A stretch of DNA of 64,000 nucleotides from Monocercomonoides exilis PA203 (lineage: Eukaryota > Protista > Preaxostyla). Position numbers and translations under genes: made by a program. The number at the start of each line of letters is the position of its first letter. Positions within the stretch are counted from its first letter, which is position 1. Positions 13,942-27,806 of the stretch are shown here, one piece after another. The notes under the pieces are model-generated. The model was given only the letters and a program-made list of their open reading frames with translations, had not been told where the DNA came from and did no database searches. The DNA lies in contig LSRY02000027.1 in NCBI GenBank assembly GCA_001643675.2, positions 62,001-126,000 on the forward strand, written 5' to 3'.

Positions 13942-15339
13942 TCACGAAATTTTACCAATTTCCTTTCTAATTTGAATTTGCCTTGGATGCTTTTCTTCAT
14001 TTTCTGTTGAAGAATATGATTTGATGTTGCCATAATTGAATTTAGAGTTCGCAAACGCATCTGTGTGATAACGTTGTAATGGAGGGGACAATGAATGAGA
14101 TGAAAAGCGTGTTGTGGGTGTGTGATATGCAGCATGAGGGCTGAGTGGTGTTGAGTGTGAGGTTGACATCACAGAAAGAGAAGAATGAGATCTGCCGCTG
14201 GATATGCTGTTTGATGCTGGGTGCAAAGGAAGCGGAGGAAGAGAAAATGATTGAGCAGAAAATTTGGTTGGCATTTTTGAAGGAATTGGTGTGGATGAAG
14301 TCGATTGCGAACGAGCTGTTGGAGAGTCTGCATGCGGTAACAAAAGAGGAGGAAGATTTGTTTGATAAGAATACTTCCCCAAACGAGGTGAATGTTTTGT
14401 CAATTGAGGTGAAAAATGGCCCGATGAAAGCGGAGATGTTCCAGAAGATAGTAAATGAGTAGAAAGAGAAGAAACAGCAGGAAGACTATTATATTGCAAA
14501 TTTTTGCGAGAATCTCCCGCATCTCTAATTTTATTTGCAAATTCTCTTTCCTTTTCTGAATTTGCAGAAATGCTTTCAATTGGATCTTTATCTACTGATG
14601 GAGGCTTATAATGAATAGATGCTTCGCAAGAAACAAAAGGATTGTACTTATCTGCTTCAACAATATTCAAAAATACATCTAGTATTGATTTTAAAAAAAG
14701 AAGGCAATTTGTATTATTGAATATGGAATTAAAAATTCTAAACTTTGCTTTTTCGATGCACGAAGATAATCTTCGTATTGTTTCATCTTCATTTTTCTCC
14801 CAAAACAAGAACGATCTGATTCAACTAAGCTTGTAACTTGTTGTTGAACAGGTTCAAAAACCTTGTCCTTCCATTTTGAATGAAGTTGGGTCTGGCTCGT
14901 TCTTGAAGACAAATCCTTTATCGCAAGCGAGTGTGCAAGTTGAGAAACAAATTGCTCGTTTTCATCAGCAATAGCAGTTAATTGTTGAAGGAATTGCGCA
15001 TTCTTTTCTTCAGATCGTTCTTCTTTTCGTTTCTATAAAATATCATAAAAAGTGAAAGGCTGAACGAAATAAAATGTTGTACTCTTTCTTTTTCCAAATA
15101 AATTAATCTATCGATTTCAAAGGCTTCTTTTCTTTCTCTTTGGTTTTCTAAATATTTTTCTTCTATTTCACTTCGTTTTGAAATTTGAAACTAATTTGAT
15201 TGTAATTGGTCAAAAAAAGAATGAAAATTCTAAAATAAAAATAACGAAGATAAAAGCTTACTTGCTCATCAAATTTATTAAATTGTAGTAACTCTCCTGT
15301 TTGTAAAGGATCATTTGGATTCGGCAAAGATAGTGCCAT
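13942..15339 (-). CDS. Multi-exon hypothetical protein (coiled-coil N-terminus, Ser/Pro-rich C-terminus)
   Basis: ORF 13942-14808 extends upstream, plus small exons from MALSLPNPND (ATG 15339). Confidence 0.5.
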
Positions 15340-15509
15340 CACAAAGCGCAATCTTAACTTTAATAAACGTTAAGGAAATTATTGTTAAGGGCGGAATTAT
15401 TTCTCATATAACAACACAAATTTTGTATAGGAATTGTTTATATTTTTTGATAGTCAAAAAAGCAGTCGACAATTTATTTTTCATTTACCAAAACCTTTAA
15501 TTTATTTTG

Positions 15510-16380
15510 ATGAATGATTTAAATGTTGATAAAATGGAGCTGGGAGCTCGGCAAAACTCTGCATTACAACAGCAAAAACAATCGGAAAAATTAAGCCTCA
15601 AAGAAGGTAAACAAATGTTTTTAAATTACTGACTTTATTGAAGCAAATATTATTCATTTTTATTTAAATTTCACGTAAATAATTTAAGATAAAAGAAACG
15701 CAATAAGCTTTCATGCGGATAAATCTACAAACAGAGAATTTGACTCAAGACAAAGACAACTAAGCGAGTTTTTTTCAAGTGAAACATCATCAATTTCATC
15801 ATCTCAAAAGCTTCAATCACTCGAAGAAGAAGTATTTCAATTGAGAGAAATCCAGCACGAAAAAGATGAAACAATAAAGGAACTTCTTATTTCACTCGAT
15901 GAATTGAAGCAAGAATTGAAAATCGAAAGAGAAGAAAAAGAAGAAACTTTTGCACGAATACAAAAATCAAATATGAAAACCCAAGAAACTCAAACTTTGA
16001 TATCTGGGAAAATAGACATAGAAAGCGAATTAGATAGAAATATAAGTGAAAGAGACAAATTAATTGAAAAACAAGAGCAAACAATAAATACAGGTCGTAG
16101 GACTGTTGAAATGTCGCTTCAACAACTTAATTCATTACAGACGCAAATAAAGAATGAAAAAGAAGAACTTCATCGCTTAGAACAGAAAAGTCAAGAAGAA
16201 AGAATTCTTTTAGCTAAAATTACATCTGTTAGAAGAGACGAGGAAGAAAAAGTGATGAAACTTAAACAAGAATTAAGCGTGATTAAAGCTTTGATAATTG
16301 AAAATGAAAATCAATCTCAAGCACTTTCATTGGAAATTGCAGAAAAATTACACAAGGCAGGAGCAGAAAGAGAGAAATGA
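15510..16380 (+). CDS. Coiled-coil hypothetical protein, 2 exons
   Basis: ATG 15510 (MNDLNVDKME), intron at ~15607-15688, E/K/Q-rich heptad ORF ending at 16380. Confidence 0.55.
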
Positions 16381-16817
16381 AAATGCGATTGAAATAAAAA
16401 CACGAGAAAAAAATGAAAAATTGAAGATTGTTAATCAAAATATTCAATGAATAGATGCTGAATGAATTATCGGCTTCATAGGAATATTTGAAATGTAAAG
16501 TTCTTCTGGAGCATTGATATGCCTTCTCATTGGCAGAAATATAAATGACTTTATGCAAACTGTTTGACAATTGCATGTTTTTGTATTCAATTCGATATTG
16601 AAATGCTTTTAGAATTGGTCAATTCAAAAAAAATTCAATAATTATTTCAATTTTCATTTGATTAAGCGAATGTTTGTGATAAAAACTGAAAAATGGAATA
16701 AAAAACAAAATGTGAAAAGAAATAATAATCAATTTAATCACAATATAAAAACGATAAGACTCAATTAATATCATGAATTTTGTGAAATGAACTGTTATTA
16801 ATAATTTGAAGCTTTTT

Positions 16818-16856
16818 GTTTTGTTTTGTTTTGTTTTGTTTTGTTTTGTTTGTTTT
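16818..16856 (+). repeat. (GTTTT)n microsatellite
   Basis: Tandem GTTTT units downstream of the Dicer stop codon. Confidence 0.8.
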
Positions 16857-16915
16857 GAAGTTAGATTATTTATTCGCTGAATGTTGAATGTAATTTATGT
16901 TTGATGTGTAGACAT

Positions 16916-19900
16916 CTAAGGATAATCATCTTCGTTAAACTCGCCAGACTCTTCAAACTCGTCGTCCTCAGTCGAATCTTCGATTTTAATCATTTCGCAC
17001 TCATCAATCATTTCTCTGATGTCTTCAACAGGCAAATCCACACGAACCATCCCACGCATCATCTTTTCTGCTTCCTCTTCCTCTTTTCTGTATTCCTCTT
17101 CTTTCGAATGCTCATCAGTTGAATAGCGCTTGTCTGCATCCCTCCCATTTTGGCTTGGAGCATGCTCCAATTTTCTCTCAAAAGCGTTTCCTTTCTGCTG
17201 AATGTAATCTTCATTCATTGGATCGATATTCTCTTCGCTTTTCTTGCAGCCTTCTTTTTCTTTCAAATCTTCGACAGCTCCAATAATAATGCCCTCTTTT
17301 TCTGCATTCTCCAAAAGAGATGTTATGCTTTTTGGAAGATATTTCGCAATATCTGAAGCATGAAATAGTTTATAAAGAGCTTTCCTGCATTGAAAAATCA
17401 TAAAAAAATTTTGAATGAGAAATTGATAAATATAAAGATAATTGCTACAATCTCAAACAGAACAAACCTTGTTGCTAGTCTCTCAGCATGATATACAGTC
17501 CTTCCTTTTGTTTTCACTCTCACAACTGTAAAACCTTTCCTGCCTTCAGAATCTGTACTGTCATCATAATCATCTTCTTCTTCATCGTAGTAATCATCAT
17601 CGTAGCCTTCTGCTTTTCCTTCTTTTTGTTCCTTCTTCTCCTTCTTCTTCTTCAATTCATCTCGTGTGATCCAATGACGAAACACTCTTTGCGAGTTGTT
17701 GGGATCGACTTTATTCTGCTGCCAAATTCCCGTTGATTCATCAACGCTTTCTTCAGGAATGTATATTCTGACAACACAAGCAAAATGCCCTTTAGTACTG
17801 TTAATATGCTGCATCATTTCATTGCCATCCACATTCGCATTGTTCATGGAATAATATAGCTTGGACCTTGATAATTCATTCTGTATTTCACTCGTGATGT
17901 CTGGAATCTCGCTTGAAATTGATGTCTGCGGGTTTGACGTGGCTGATGGATCCAAGATGTCAATTGCTTCAAAAAGTGATGTTCTCTCTGGCTGCAAGAG
18001 ATCAGATTGCCTTGCCAATCTTTTGCTAAGTGCGCTTTGCTGCTCCATCACTTTCTTCTTCATCTCGTTTTCTTCAGCCAGCCTTCGCAGTTTCTCTTCG
18101 CGTGCATCCTCTTTTGAGAGCTTTCCTGCCTTCATCAATATGTTTGCATCCTTGTTGTCGATGATGTAACATGTGTCCACACACAATCCAACCTGCGGAA
18201 TGATCTTGTACAGATAGTTTGATGGATGAATCCATGGGGCACAGATTGGAGTGCCTATCCTATCGCACAGCGGAGAAAGATATGGCTTGAAGAACGAATC
18301 AACAACAGACGTCAGCGCAGGTGTCAGAATAGAGTCTAGTTGAGTGATTGTCATTTGAGGAACACTGGAAGAAGAAGATGATGACAAAGAGGCAGATGAT
18401 GAGGAAGCAGATGATGTGCCTGGAATGAAATAATGCTGTTCAAACTGAGTCAGCAGCGAGTCCAAGAAGATGGCACCTACGACAGCCTCCACAATATCTG
18501 AAATCACTTTCGGATGATGAAAATCAAACAGGCGGAAGTTCAAAATAAAGTCCTTGTCCATCAAGTGCTTCATTCTTTCTCTTGTTCGTGCATCTGGTTG
18601 AGGATCTATAAGCGAAGACTCGTCGACAATGTTGTATGCATCCCCTTTCCTCACAATTTTTTCTTTTCCAAACATTTCTAATTGTTTGTATTTAGAGTTG
18701 CTGTTCTTCATTCGCATAAAACTCAGCATTTCCCTGACCTCCCATTTGTACTGTGATATCTCACCACTCAAAGACGAGGAGAATTGATTAAGGAATGCAG
18801 GCAGGCACATCACAACTGAGATGAATGCCAGCACAGCATTAGACACAAGCGCATGCTTCAGAATGGTCATAAGCGCAGGACTCGCACGCGGATAGCGGCG
18901 ATACACACGCTCCACAACAAGAATAGCCAAAATGGTGTCGCCCAGATACTCCAGCCGCTCATACGACGGTGTGGAAGAGAAGTTGTTTGCGTCGAATTCA
19001 GAAAAGAAGGAAGCATAGTAACTGGAGGCTGAGGTGTGTGTGAGTGACTCCTTCAGCAGATCCAGCCGAGAGGGACAGAAAGAGTAGTTCAGCACTTTGT
19101 TCTGCAGAGTCATCAGCGACGAGGATTGCAGCAGCTTTTGCTCAGTACTCAGTTTATTCGCTTTGGCCATTGACGAGGAAGCAGCAGTACTCGACATCGA
19201 TGAGCTTCGTGAAGAGATAGAACGCGACAAAACACACAGCGCATTGGTCATCTCTTCGTTGGTGGTGACACCAATGAACTTCACCCAGAACTCGTAAGCC
19301 AATCGATATCCGCCAATCAGATAGCAGCAGCCAAGCACAGACTCCACCGTGTCTGCCACTTTCTTCAGAGGAAACGTGTGCGGCGGGCTGAACGGATGAA
19401 GGTTGCTGGCATGCTTGTTTCGCTTGAAGAGAACAACTGACCTTTGAGCCTGAGAAACAAGCCGATCAGGCATCGAATGGGCAGATGCATCAGATTCTCC
19501 TCTCGATGCTGCCATCCGTCTTCTTCTTTTCTCTCCTTCAAACAGCCTCTCTCGGAACACCTTCTCCTCCCACAGCACATTCCCCCGAGGCAGAAGTGGT
19601 GGGCCCCAGTCGTCTTTCCTTGTCTTCGCGGTGGCGATGAACGAAGGGAACACGCCATCAAAATGAGAGAGAGCGTGTTTGCAGAGCGTGGCATTGCTGA
19701 CAAGCACACCTTTCAGGTCAGTCAGCTGCCCTTCGTTCTTGTCGGGGTGCTTCCCAAAGAGATACAAGTTCGTCAGAAGCAGAAGAATCGAGTCTCCCAG
19801 AAACTCCAGCCGCTCCATGTCCATTTCGTCGTCTGTGCCCGACGCTGTCAGCGCTTCCAGCACAACATTGCGCTGATTTGAGAGAGTTTTCACGAGTTCT

Positions 19901-20491
19901 GGAAGAGACTGAGAAGACGAGCGGAAAGAGGGCTTGATCGGATCGCTTGCTGAAAGAGAGAGCGCAGGAAGAAGATCAATTCCATTGCTTTGCCGAAGCG
20001 AGTGAAGAGAAGACAGCGAAGCAGAAGTCGAAAGATTGAGCGCTTTTGGACCAGGAGGCAGAGAAGTGATTGACGATGTACGAAAATCAGTCATTTGCCT
20101 ATTAGCCGCCTTCACAGATGAAAGTGGACTTTCTTCTGAGTGTTTTCCAAAATGTGCTGCTTCGTTTCGTCTTGTGTTTGAGTATTTCGCTTGGATTGCT
20201 TGGAATGGATCTCGTATCTCTTCCACATCGTTCTCCTGCTCCTTCATAAAATCATCCAAAGATCTCTGTTCTCCTCCTTTTGCTTCTTCCTCCTCATTTT
20301 TCGTTTTCGTGTTGCCCACTTCGCGAAGCATCTGCAAAAACGAGCACAAAACCACTTGGCGCTCCATCGAATAGCACAACGGCATCAGAAGCTGTTTGAA
20401 GTCGAGAAGCGAAAGAGACATCAGACACACACACAGCTCAGGAACAAGGAAGATCGTCTCTGAATAATGGAATATTCTGCGCGGTGGAATG

Positions 20492-20523
<32 letters not shown>

Positions 20524-20542
20524 AGAAGAAGAAGAAGAAGAA

Positions 20543-20581
<39 letters not shown>

Positions 20582-23500
20582 GGAACTAGCTTCTCCAAAT
20601 CCGTCAGCTTGTTTTGCTCTTCTTTCTGTGATTCTTCTTTTCCTTCGTTCTGTTTTGTTGTTCCACTTTCATTTTGATGGCTTCTTTTCTTCTTCTTCTT
20701 CTTCTTCGTGTGTGTCTCTTCAACTGAGCTTGTTGTGAGTGTTTTGATTGTCGTCACTTCGAGAAGAGGCTGATTTCTGTCTTTGATGTCGACACCCCAT
20801 CGCTTCTGGTAATATTCATAAAAAGTGCCTGCCACTTCTTTGTCAGGAAATTCAGACATCGGAGTCATGTCATAGCGATGCCTCAGCACACAATACATCG
20901 ATGAGGACGCTGTTCGGTTCAAAAACACAGAAAACACTAAAACAGAAAAAAAAATCAGAAAAATTAGAAAAAATAGAATTGAAAAAAGATATTTATTATT
21001 TCATAAATGGATAATTATAGTCATTTTGAGAAAGAAAGTGTACATACTTGCAGAAGGGTTGAACTGTTCTTCGAAAGAAGACTGCTCTTTTGCTGCTTGT
21101 TGTGCTGCTGTCTTCGGAGTCATCTTTGCTGCCTGGTTGAATGTTTTGTATCGCTGGCTGGCTGATGTTGTTGAGGATGAATACATTGAACGATAGTTTG
21201 GAATAACAACTGATCCAATTGGAGGCAATTCGATTCCACCAGAAGAAGAAAAAGATGATGATGATGACTTATTAGGAGATTTTATTGAATGATCAGCATT
21301 CACAGCAGATGAGTCGGTGCCATAGGATGTGTGCAGCGGTGATTTAAGTCGAAGACGAATTGCATTTTCTGTTCTGTCTGTTGAATGCCTTAAGCTATTC
21401 AAAAGTTGATTGGCTGGAAACATTGATGGACTTGTGATTTGTTCAATGAGTGCCCAATCAATTGCAAAATAGTCGCATCCAACTGGTGCTTTTGATTGTA
21501 TTTGTGTGGAATTGCTATATGAACGAGAGGATGATGAGGAAGAGGAAGATGGAAAATGCTTCGGAATTGCTAATGGTGATGGAGGTGGGGGTGGTGGAAG
21601 AGATAGCTTAGATGACTGCATCATAGCTGCTAATCGTGTCATATCAGCAGAAGAAGATGATAATGACGACGACGACGACGATGCTAACTGTTTTGATAGC
21701 AATTCATTGCTTCCACATTCAAATAGCTGGAATGTGGACTCAACAGGGGTGATGAGATATGCAAATGCATCAGCCACACGCGGATTGTGATCGAAATCAG
21801 CGCTTCTTTCGAAGGTGTTCCATTCGTTGTCCACCATCTCCTTCATCTTTGCCACAAGCACTGGGTCGAGCATAGCAGCGGTGGAGTTGTCGAATTCCCT
21901 CATAAAAGCAGAGTAGATGGTCTCATTCACACACTCCCCCACACAAACAGAGGGAGACGAGGCAACAATCGGTGAGGGCGTCAGATAGCGGACAGATGAG
22001 CGACGTTCAAAGAGAGTCGCGTGGAAGAACAGGAGACGCGAGAAAAGAGTGCGGGAGATAGAGAATGGGGCAGGCTGGGCAGAAGAAGAGGAAAGAGGAA
22101 AGAGAGAAAGGCAAGATGAAGACAAAGTGGATGGAATGTTAGGAATGGATGATGAATTGAGATGCGAATATGCTGTTTTTGAAGGAGATAATGTCTTCAC
22201 ATAAACATTGCATCGGAGAATGTATGGCATCTTCATTTTGTCCAACTGCTGATCAGAATATCTCCCTTCAAAACTGCCACCAGCCACGTTGGAAGAAGAA
22301 GAAGAAGAAGAAGCAGAGGCAGAAGCAGATGAATAGCTTCCGTTTTTGTCTTTGTTTGTTTGGAGCCATTTCCGTTTGAGTGTTCTTGCGCCTTCCATCA
22401 CTTCTGGTGTGTTCCATCCCAGTTGAGGCAGAATGCTGTCTGGCACATTCAGAGCAGACGGAAGCAGCGCCAGAGAAGAAGGAAGAGGCGAATGGGTGAG
22501 CATTCCAAAGGGAAAACTGAATGGCAGCGGATGAGACGGTGAGGGGTCAAATGGCAAAGCAGAAGAAGAAGAAGAAGAAGAAGAAGGATATTGAGAGTGT
22601 GTTTGTGTTCCTGATGAACTGCTCCTCTTCAGCTCAACAGTCTTGTTGGGATCAATCTCCGTCTGCTCACATTCAATGAGATGAGTCAGCTTTTCAGCAA
22701 TTTCAGCGTCTTCATCTTCATCTTCATCTTCATCTTCATCATTCTCCATCTCATCGTCTTCTTCATCCTTTCTCTCTCTTTCATTTCTCTTCGTCCTTCT
22801 TTTGCCCCCAACAAATGCATCGAGATTGTCGCCTTTGTCCACTCTCTTTTCGCTTTCAGCAGCAGAAGATGAGTATTGATTGAATGACCCCTTCATTTTG
22901 AACTCAGACGGAAGTGCCACATAAACAGGCACAATCACAAACACTGACAGATACAACTCCAACGTCGATTCTGCAAGCTCTGTTGTCGTCCTTATTCTGC
23001 TTCGTGATTCAACCTGTTCGCTTTTATTTGCTTTCTTTCTTCCGATCATCACAACATCTTCCTCCTCACCTGCCAGTGTGTTCTCATCCGCATTCTGAAA
23101 GTCGTCGTTGATCAGCACTTCCTTGTGCATGTAGCAATAAGGAAACCATTCCTTCCTGCATTTTCTGAGTGACAGACAGAGAGGCACAAATGGGACAGCT
23201 CTGATTGTGCCTATTCTGCCTTTGTATTTGTGCTTGTGCATCTTCTGGAAGAAGAGCATCATGCTCTCCCCATATTTCGCAAGGGCATCTTCTCTTTTGT
23301 CCATCTTGCTGATTTGAAGCTCCTGCAGCCTTTTCTCGTTCTCTCGCCTTTCTTCCTCGTCTTTTTCTGCTTCCATCTCAGTTCCTGCCAACTTTGCTTC
23401 ATCGCCTTCCTCTCCTTCTCCTTCCTCTCCTTCTTCGTCTCCTTCTTCTCCCTTCTCCTTTTTGTCTTTTTCTCCCCATTTTCCAAAAGTAGGCGTCAGA

Positions 23501-26500
23501 TGTTCTGAAAGTATCCCGTTTTCATACATCCTCTTCAGTGCCATCAATGCAGCAATTCTCTTTCCCGACTTCTTCGACGAGCACACAAATGATATCACTG
23601 GATCATTCAGCCCAAAATACGGCGGGACACTCAGCGTCGTTCTGAACATGGTGCCTTCTCTGACGATGCAGCCAGATGGCCACTCGGCAGAGGCAGCGTC
23701 TGAGGCAGACACACATTCATGCTTGAAGATGGGCACGTACTGCACATGCGGATCGTCCTTCGGAATGAGCGAGCACAAATTGTACAGCAACGACACAGAC
23801 GCGCCTGTCGTGACAGTCGCATTCGCTTTCGTCCTCAGCTCAAATCGTCTCTCAACCTCAAAGTTTGGCTTGTCGTCTGCTTTCTCCTCTTCAAAAAAGT
23901 TTCTTCTGCTCTGACTGTGTCTATCGCTCTCCTGGAACATGCTGTCAGCATCCTTTGTGACATCTCCTTCTTTTATGTGCTCTTTTGCTTTCCTCGTCTG
24001 CTCCTTCTCTGCATCCTTAGTATGTTCCACTTTATACATCGTCTTGTGCACCTCGTTATCCTCCCCAATGTGCACATAAACCCCTCCCCCTCGGCGTGCC
24101 CTCCCGCGTGACTGAATATACTGAGGCATGTTCTCAAAGTCGTCATAGCGAATAACAGAGTTGCACCCCTGGACATCGATGCCTTCCTCGCACACACTCG
24201 TCGCAAACAGAAGATTCGCTTTTTCTGAACGGAATGACATAAGCGCCTTGTACTGCCGAGACGTCGTCATCACAGCACCACACCGCTGTTCATACGCCTC
24301 CTGCGTATTTTCGCCGGAAGTTTCGATGTATGCTGAAGCAGGCAAAAACGGAGAAAAGGGAAGAGAAGAGTCACCTGATTGCCCAACAACAAATCTGTTT
24401 GGTGAATGATTCATTCAAAAGTACAATAAATTGAACAGAAAGAAATATGAAAGCATCAGCATTTATACGAACAAAAATATGAATAATAATAATAAAAATA
24501 AAAATACACACTTTGTGTTAAAGAAGTATCTGAGAGCAAGTGTCTGCCGGAAAAGTCTGTATAAAATGTATGTGTCTATTCTCTGCTTCACCAGCACAAG
24601 AGATTTGAATTCATCCCTTCGTCCGGCAAATGCGGTATAAAAACAATTGAAAAGCAAAGAATGGAAATATTGTTGAATCAAAAATAATTGAGATTTTCAA
24701 ACATGATTTTTTTCTTCTTAAAAAATAAATAAAAATAAAAAGCAAACTTCATCCGAATTCGTAGCAATATCAAAAATGCGATGAATGCACGCAGTTTTGG
24801 TGGCAGATAGCAGCTTTTCACTTTTATTTGTGCAAATTCTTCTGTTGTAGTGGGCAGAGAAAGCATATGTGCCAGGATTTTGACTCGTAAAAGGGACATT
24901 TGCTCAAACTGCTTCCTCAGCCTCTGCGATTCCTCGGGTGTATACAACGCATCGTCTGCTTTGATCACATGGAAGATGTTTGGCTCAACCTCAGCAGCTT
25001 CATAAGCAGATGTGTCTGTTGTGCCTGAAGACATTGCAGCATCTTCATTGGGAATTTCAATAAGATCGACACTTTGTCTGTTTTGTGCTATTTTGAGGCA
25101 TTCTTCGAGCGTCGGAGGAATCGTAAGCAGATCCTGAAACACAACAAGCACACCAAAAGCTCCGAAATCGTCTGGTTGTTTGAAATAAATAAAGTGAATG
25201 AAGTTCAAGTGATATTAAAAAGAATAAAATAAAGAGCATAATAATGTGCCAGTTAATGAAATAAAATTATGTTTAGACATGAAACAAAAGATATTTGAAA
25301 TTAATTATGAGATAAAACGAGTTTTTGAGGAAAACATTCAAACTATAAATTTGATCAACGTTTGACAAAATTTTTCTTGTTCTGTCCTTTTTATGTTTTC
25401 CTTTCTGGTTTTCGATTTCAAAATACAGCTGCGTTAAATACAAGAATCGCCAGGCATATTCGTCTGCATTTTTCAGCTGAATAACAGTTGCCTCTGGCAA
25501 ACTTCTTGGCAAATACTCAAAACTGCCAGATGTTACGAAGTCTTCCAGTCTGATGTTCACAAAAATGCATCGATATTGTTTGGTTACAAGAACAACAGAG
25601 AAACCAAAAATGTGTTTGCATACGAATTGCTGAAATTCTGAGTCTGAAATGGACCGAGAGAATGAGCACGTTTCGCTTTTTGCAGATCAATCACTCGGGG
25701 GAGCTTGTATCCTGTCCACTGTGCTGCATTCTTCTTTGCTGTTATTCATTTGCATGTGCAGATGTTTGCATCAAAAAGATTGAATTGAAAATTGTTTGTG
25801 TAATTTTTGATCAAATAAAACAAGAAAGTTTTGCAAACTGAGAATGTTTTTGAATATAAGAATTATTTCTTTTGGACGAGGAGAGTACATGCGAAGCAAT
25901 TTTCTTTGTTTTAACGGTGTTACTAGCTTCGAATTAAACAATTCTTCCATAATTCTCATTTGATCTTCCAATCCACCTGTTCGTACGCAAGGGGATGCTG
26001 TTAACCCTAGAATGTGTGGCATGTTTGCTATGTTATTACGTTCGTAGAAATTTGTCATTATTCTTTTATTCTTTATCACATATGATAAAAAAAATAAGTT
26101 CAAAAACAAAAAAGAAGTAGCAGACAGCATCAAGTTTTTGATGATGATGGCATTCATCAAAAACAATTAATTCAACGTCTTCCATTGAAATATATGCATG
26201 TGACAATATTTCCTCGAATATTTGAACAACCATTACAAGAATATCATTTTCATTCAATTCTTTCATCCAACGATCGGGATCCCAAATGGATGTAACCAAA
26301 CCCCCGTAATAGACACTACAATTATAGTGTAATTCCATTTTAATAACATTGTATTGTTGAATGGCTATCAATTGTGTTGGAGCAAGAAATATAACTTTTC
26401 TTTTGTCAAATTTTTTAGCGGGGCGACGATTATTTTCCAAGAAATGTTTGATAAGATGTACAGCGATTAAAGTTTTTCCCGTTCCTGTTATTTTTTTGGA

Positions 26501-26660
26501 AAAAAAATTGCATATGAATTTGAAAAGGGGGTAATACTAACAGACCTGTTTCAAGAAGGCATATACAATTGTTTTTCTTCGCAAAATCGAGCACCTCAAG
26601 TTGATATGATCTCAACTCGAATTGCTTTTCACTTTCAGTAATATTTGTTGAAGAATCCAG
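16916..26660 (-). CDS. DCR1: Dicer: DExD/H helicase, Helicase-C, Dicer dimerisation (DUF283), PAZ, RNase IIIa and RNase IIIb; multi-exon
   Basis: Helicase: RSYQLE..LETG/TGKT, IFLAPT, LIVFDECHH, ILGLTASP. Helicase-C: ATSVCEEGIDVQGCNSVIRYD..YIQSRGRAR. DUF283: SVSLLYNLCSLIPKD..SKKSGKRIAAL..LSEHLTP. PAZ: FYEYYQKRWGVDIKDRNQPLLEV..LVPELC. RNase IIIa: ERLEFLGDS..KVADTVESVLG. RNase IIIb: ERLEYLGDT..KVISDIVEAVVGAIFLD. Start codon uncertain. Confidence 0.93.
20491..20580 (+). repeat. (GAA)n(GAT)n trinucleotide repeat encoding poly-Ser inside the Dicer PAZ region
   Basis: About 30 consecutive Ser codons on the minus strand. Confidence 0.85.
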
Positions 26661-27450
26661 CTTTTATTCTGTTTGGTATTTAATCATTTATGGGGTGATA
26701 TTTGTTTCAGAAGATGTAATTTCTGTTAGGGGATAAATGATCAGAAATATTATATTTTTTTCACGTTAAATACAGTCAATTTTTGAAATTTTATTCCTTT
26801 TTTGAAAAAAATTTTTTTTCGTTCCACACTTTTTCTGCTTTTATATCATTTATAGAAAATTATAAAGAAAAAAAAAATTTTTTTTTAAAAATGTGAATAA
26901 CCAAAAAAATAAAATTAGTTCAAAAGAGGATTGCAAAGAAATTTCAATTTTTCGTTTCTGTTTCTTTTCATTATTGAAAAACAAAACCTCATATGTGGGA
27001 AAAATTGGACTTTCAAGCTTTTTATGCGCAAATCATAAAATAATAGAATTTCTAATAACTTTATTTGAATATTTCAGATTACGAAATAAATAAGATTTCA
27101 GAACTGTATTCAAACATCATTGATGGAATAACAAAATGTTTTGAAACCTCACACGTATATCAAAAAATAAACCAATTTTGTTGAAAATTTTTGTTCACAA
27201 AAAGTTCATCTCAGGTGCTTTATTTTTCAATGAAAATGCTTGTAGTCAAATATTTTGTCCCATATCAGCAAGAATTGTCTTAATGTTGAAATTGTCTTAT
27301 TTTTCTTTCCATCTTGCACAATCAAAAATTGATAATCAAACTATCAAGAAAAAAATTTTTTATGGAAAAACTGTTGATGTTAACCCATTCAAAATAACAC
27401 AATATTTTTTTGCGTTCAAAAATTTGTCACTTCTTAACATTTATTAACTG

Positions 27451-27806
27451 AGATTGTGCACAAAATACTGGACTAGATCGCTTTCTCTATTACTGAAAGA
27501 GGAATAATTCTGACAACTTTTTTCCAAACATGTGTTATTCACACTGTCTCTTTTGAAATTTCATTCTCTTATTTTCATGTTGCCTGAATGTTGTATAAAT
27601 TAATTATTTAATGATCAGAGTAATTCAAAATCCTGTTTTTCTTAAATGAAAAAATATTTTTTTATATATTCAATTGACACAAAAATGAAAGTTTGATCTG
27701 ACAAATAAGTTACAACAAAAAAAATTTATTTGCATGAATACTATTAGAATTATTCCTCTTGCAGTAATAAAGAAATCGATATTGTCCAGTATTTTGTGCA
27801 CAATCT
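27451..27806. mobile_element. MITE-like element with ~60-bp imperfect terminal inverted repeats
   Basis: AGATTGTGCACAAAATACTGGAC (27451-27473) is exactly inverted at 27784-27806. Similarity extends to 27511 and 27746. No ORF inside. Confidence 0.7.
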
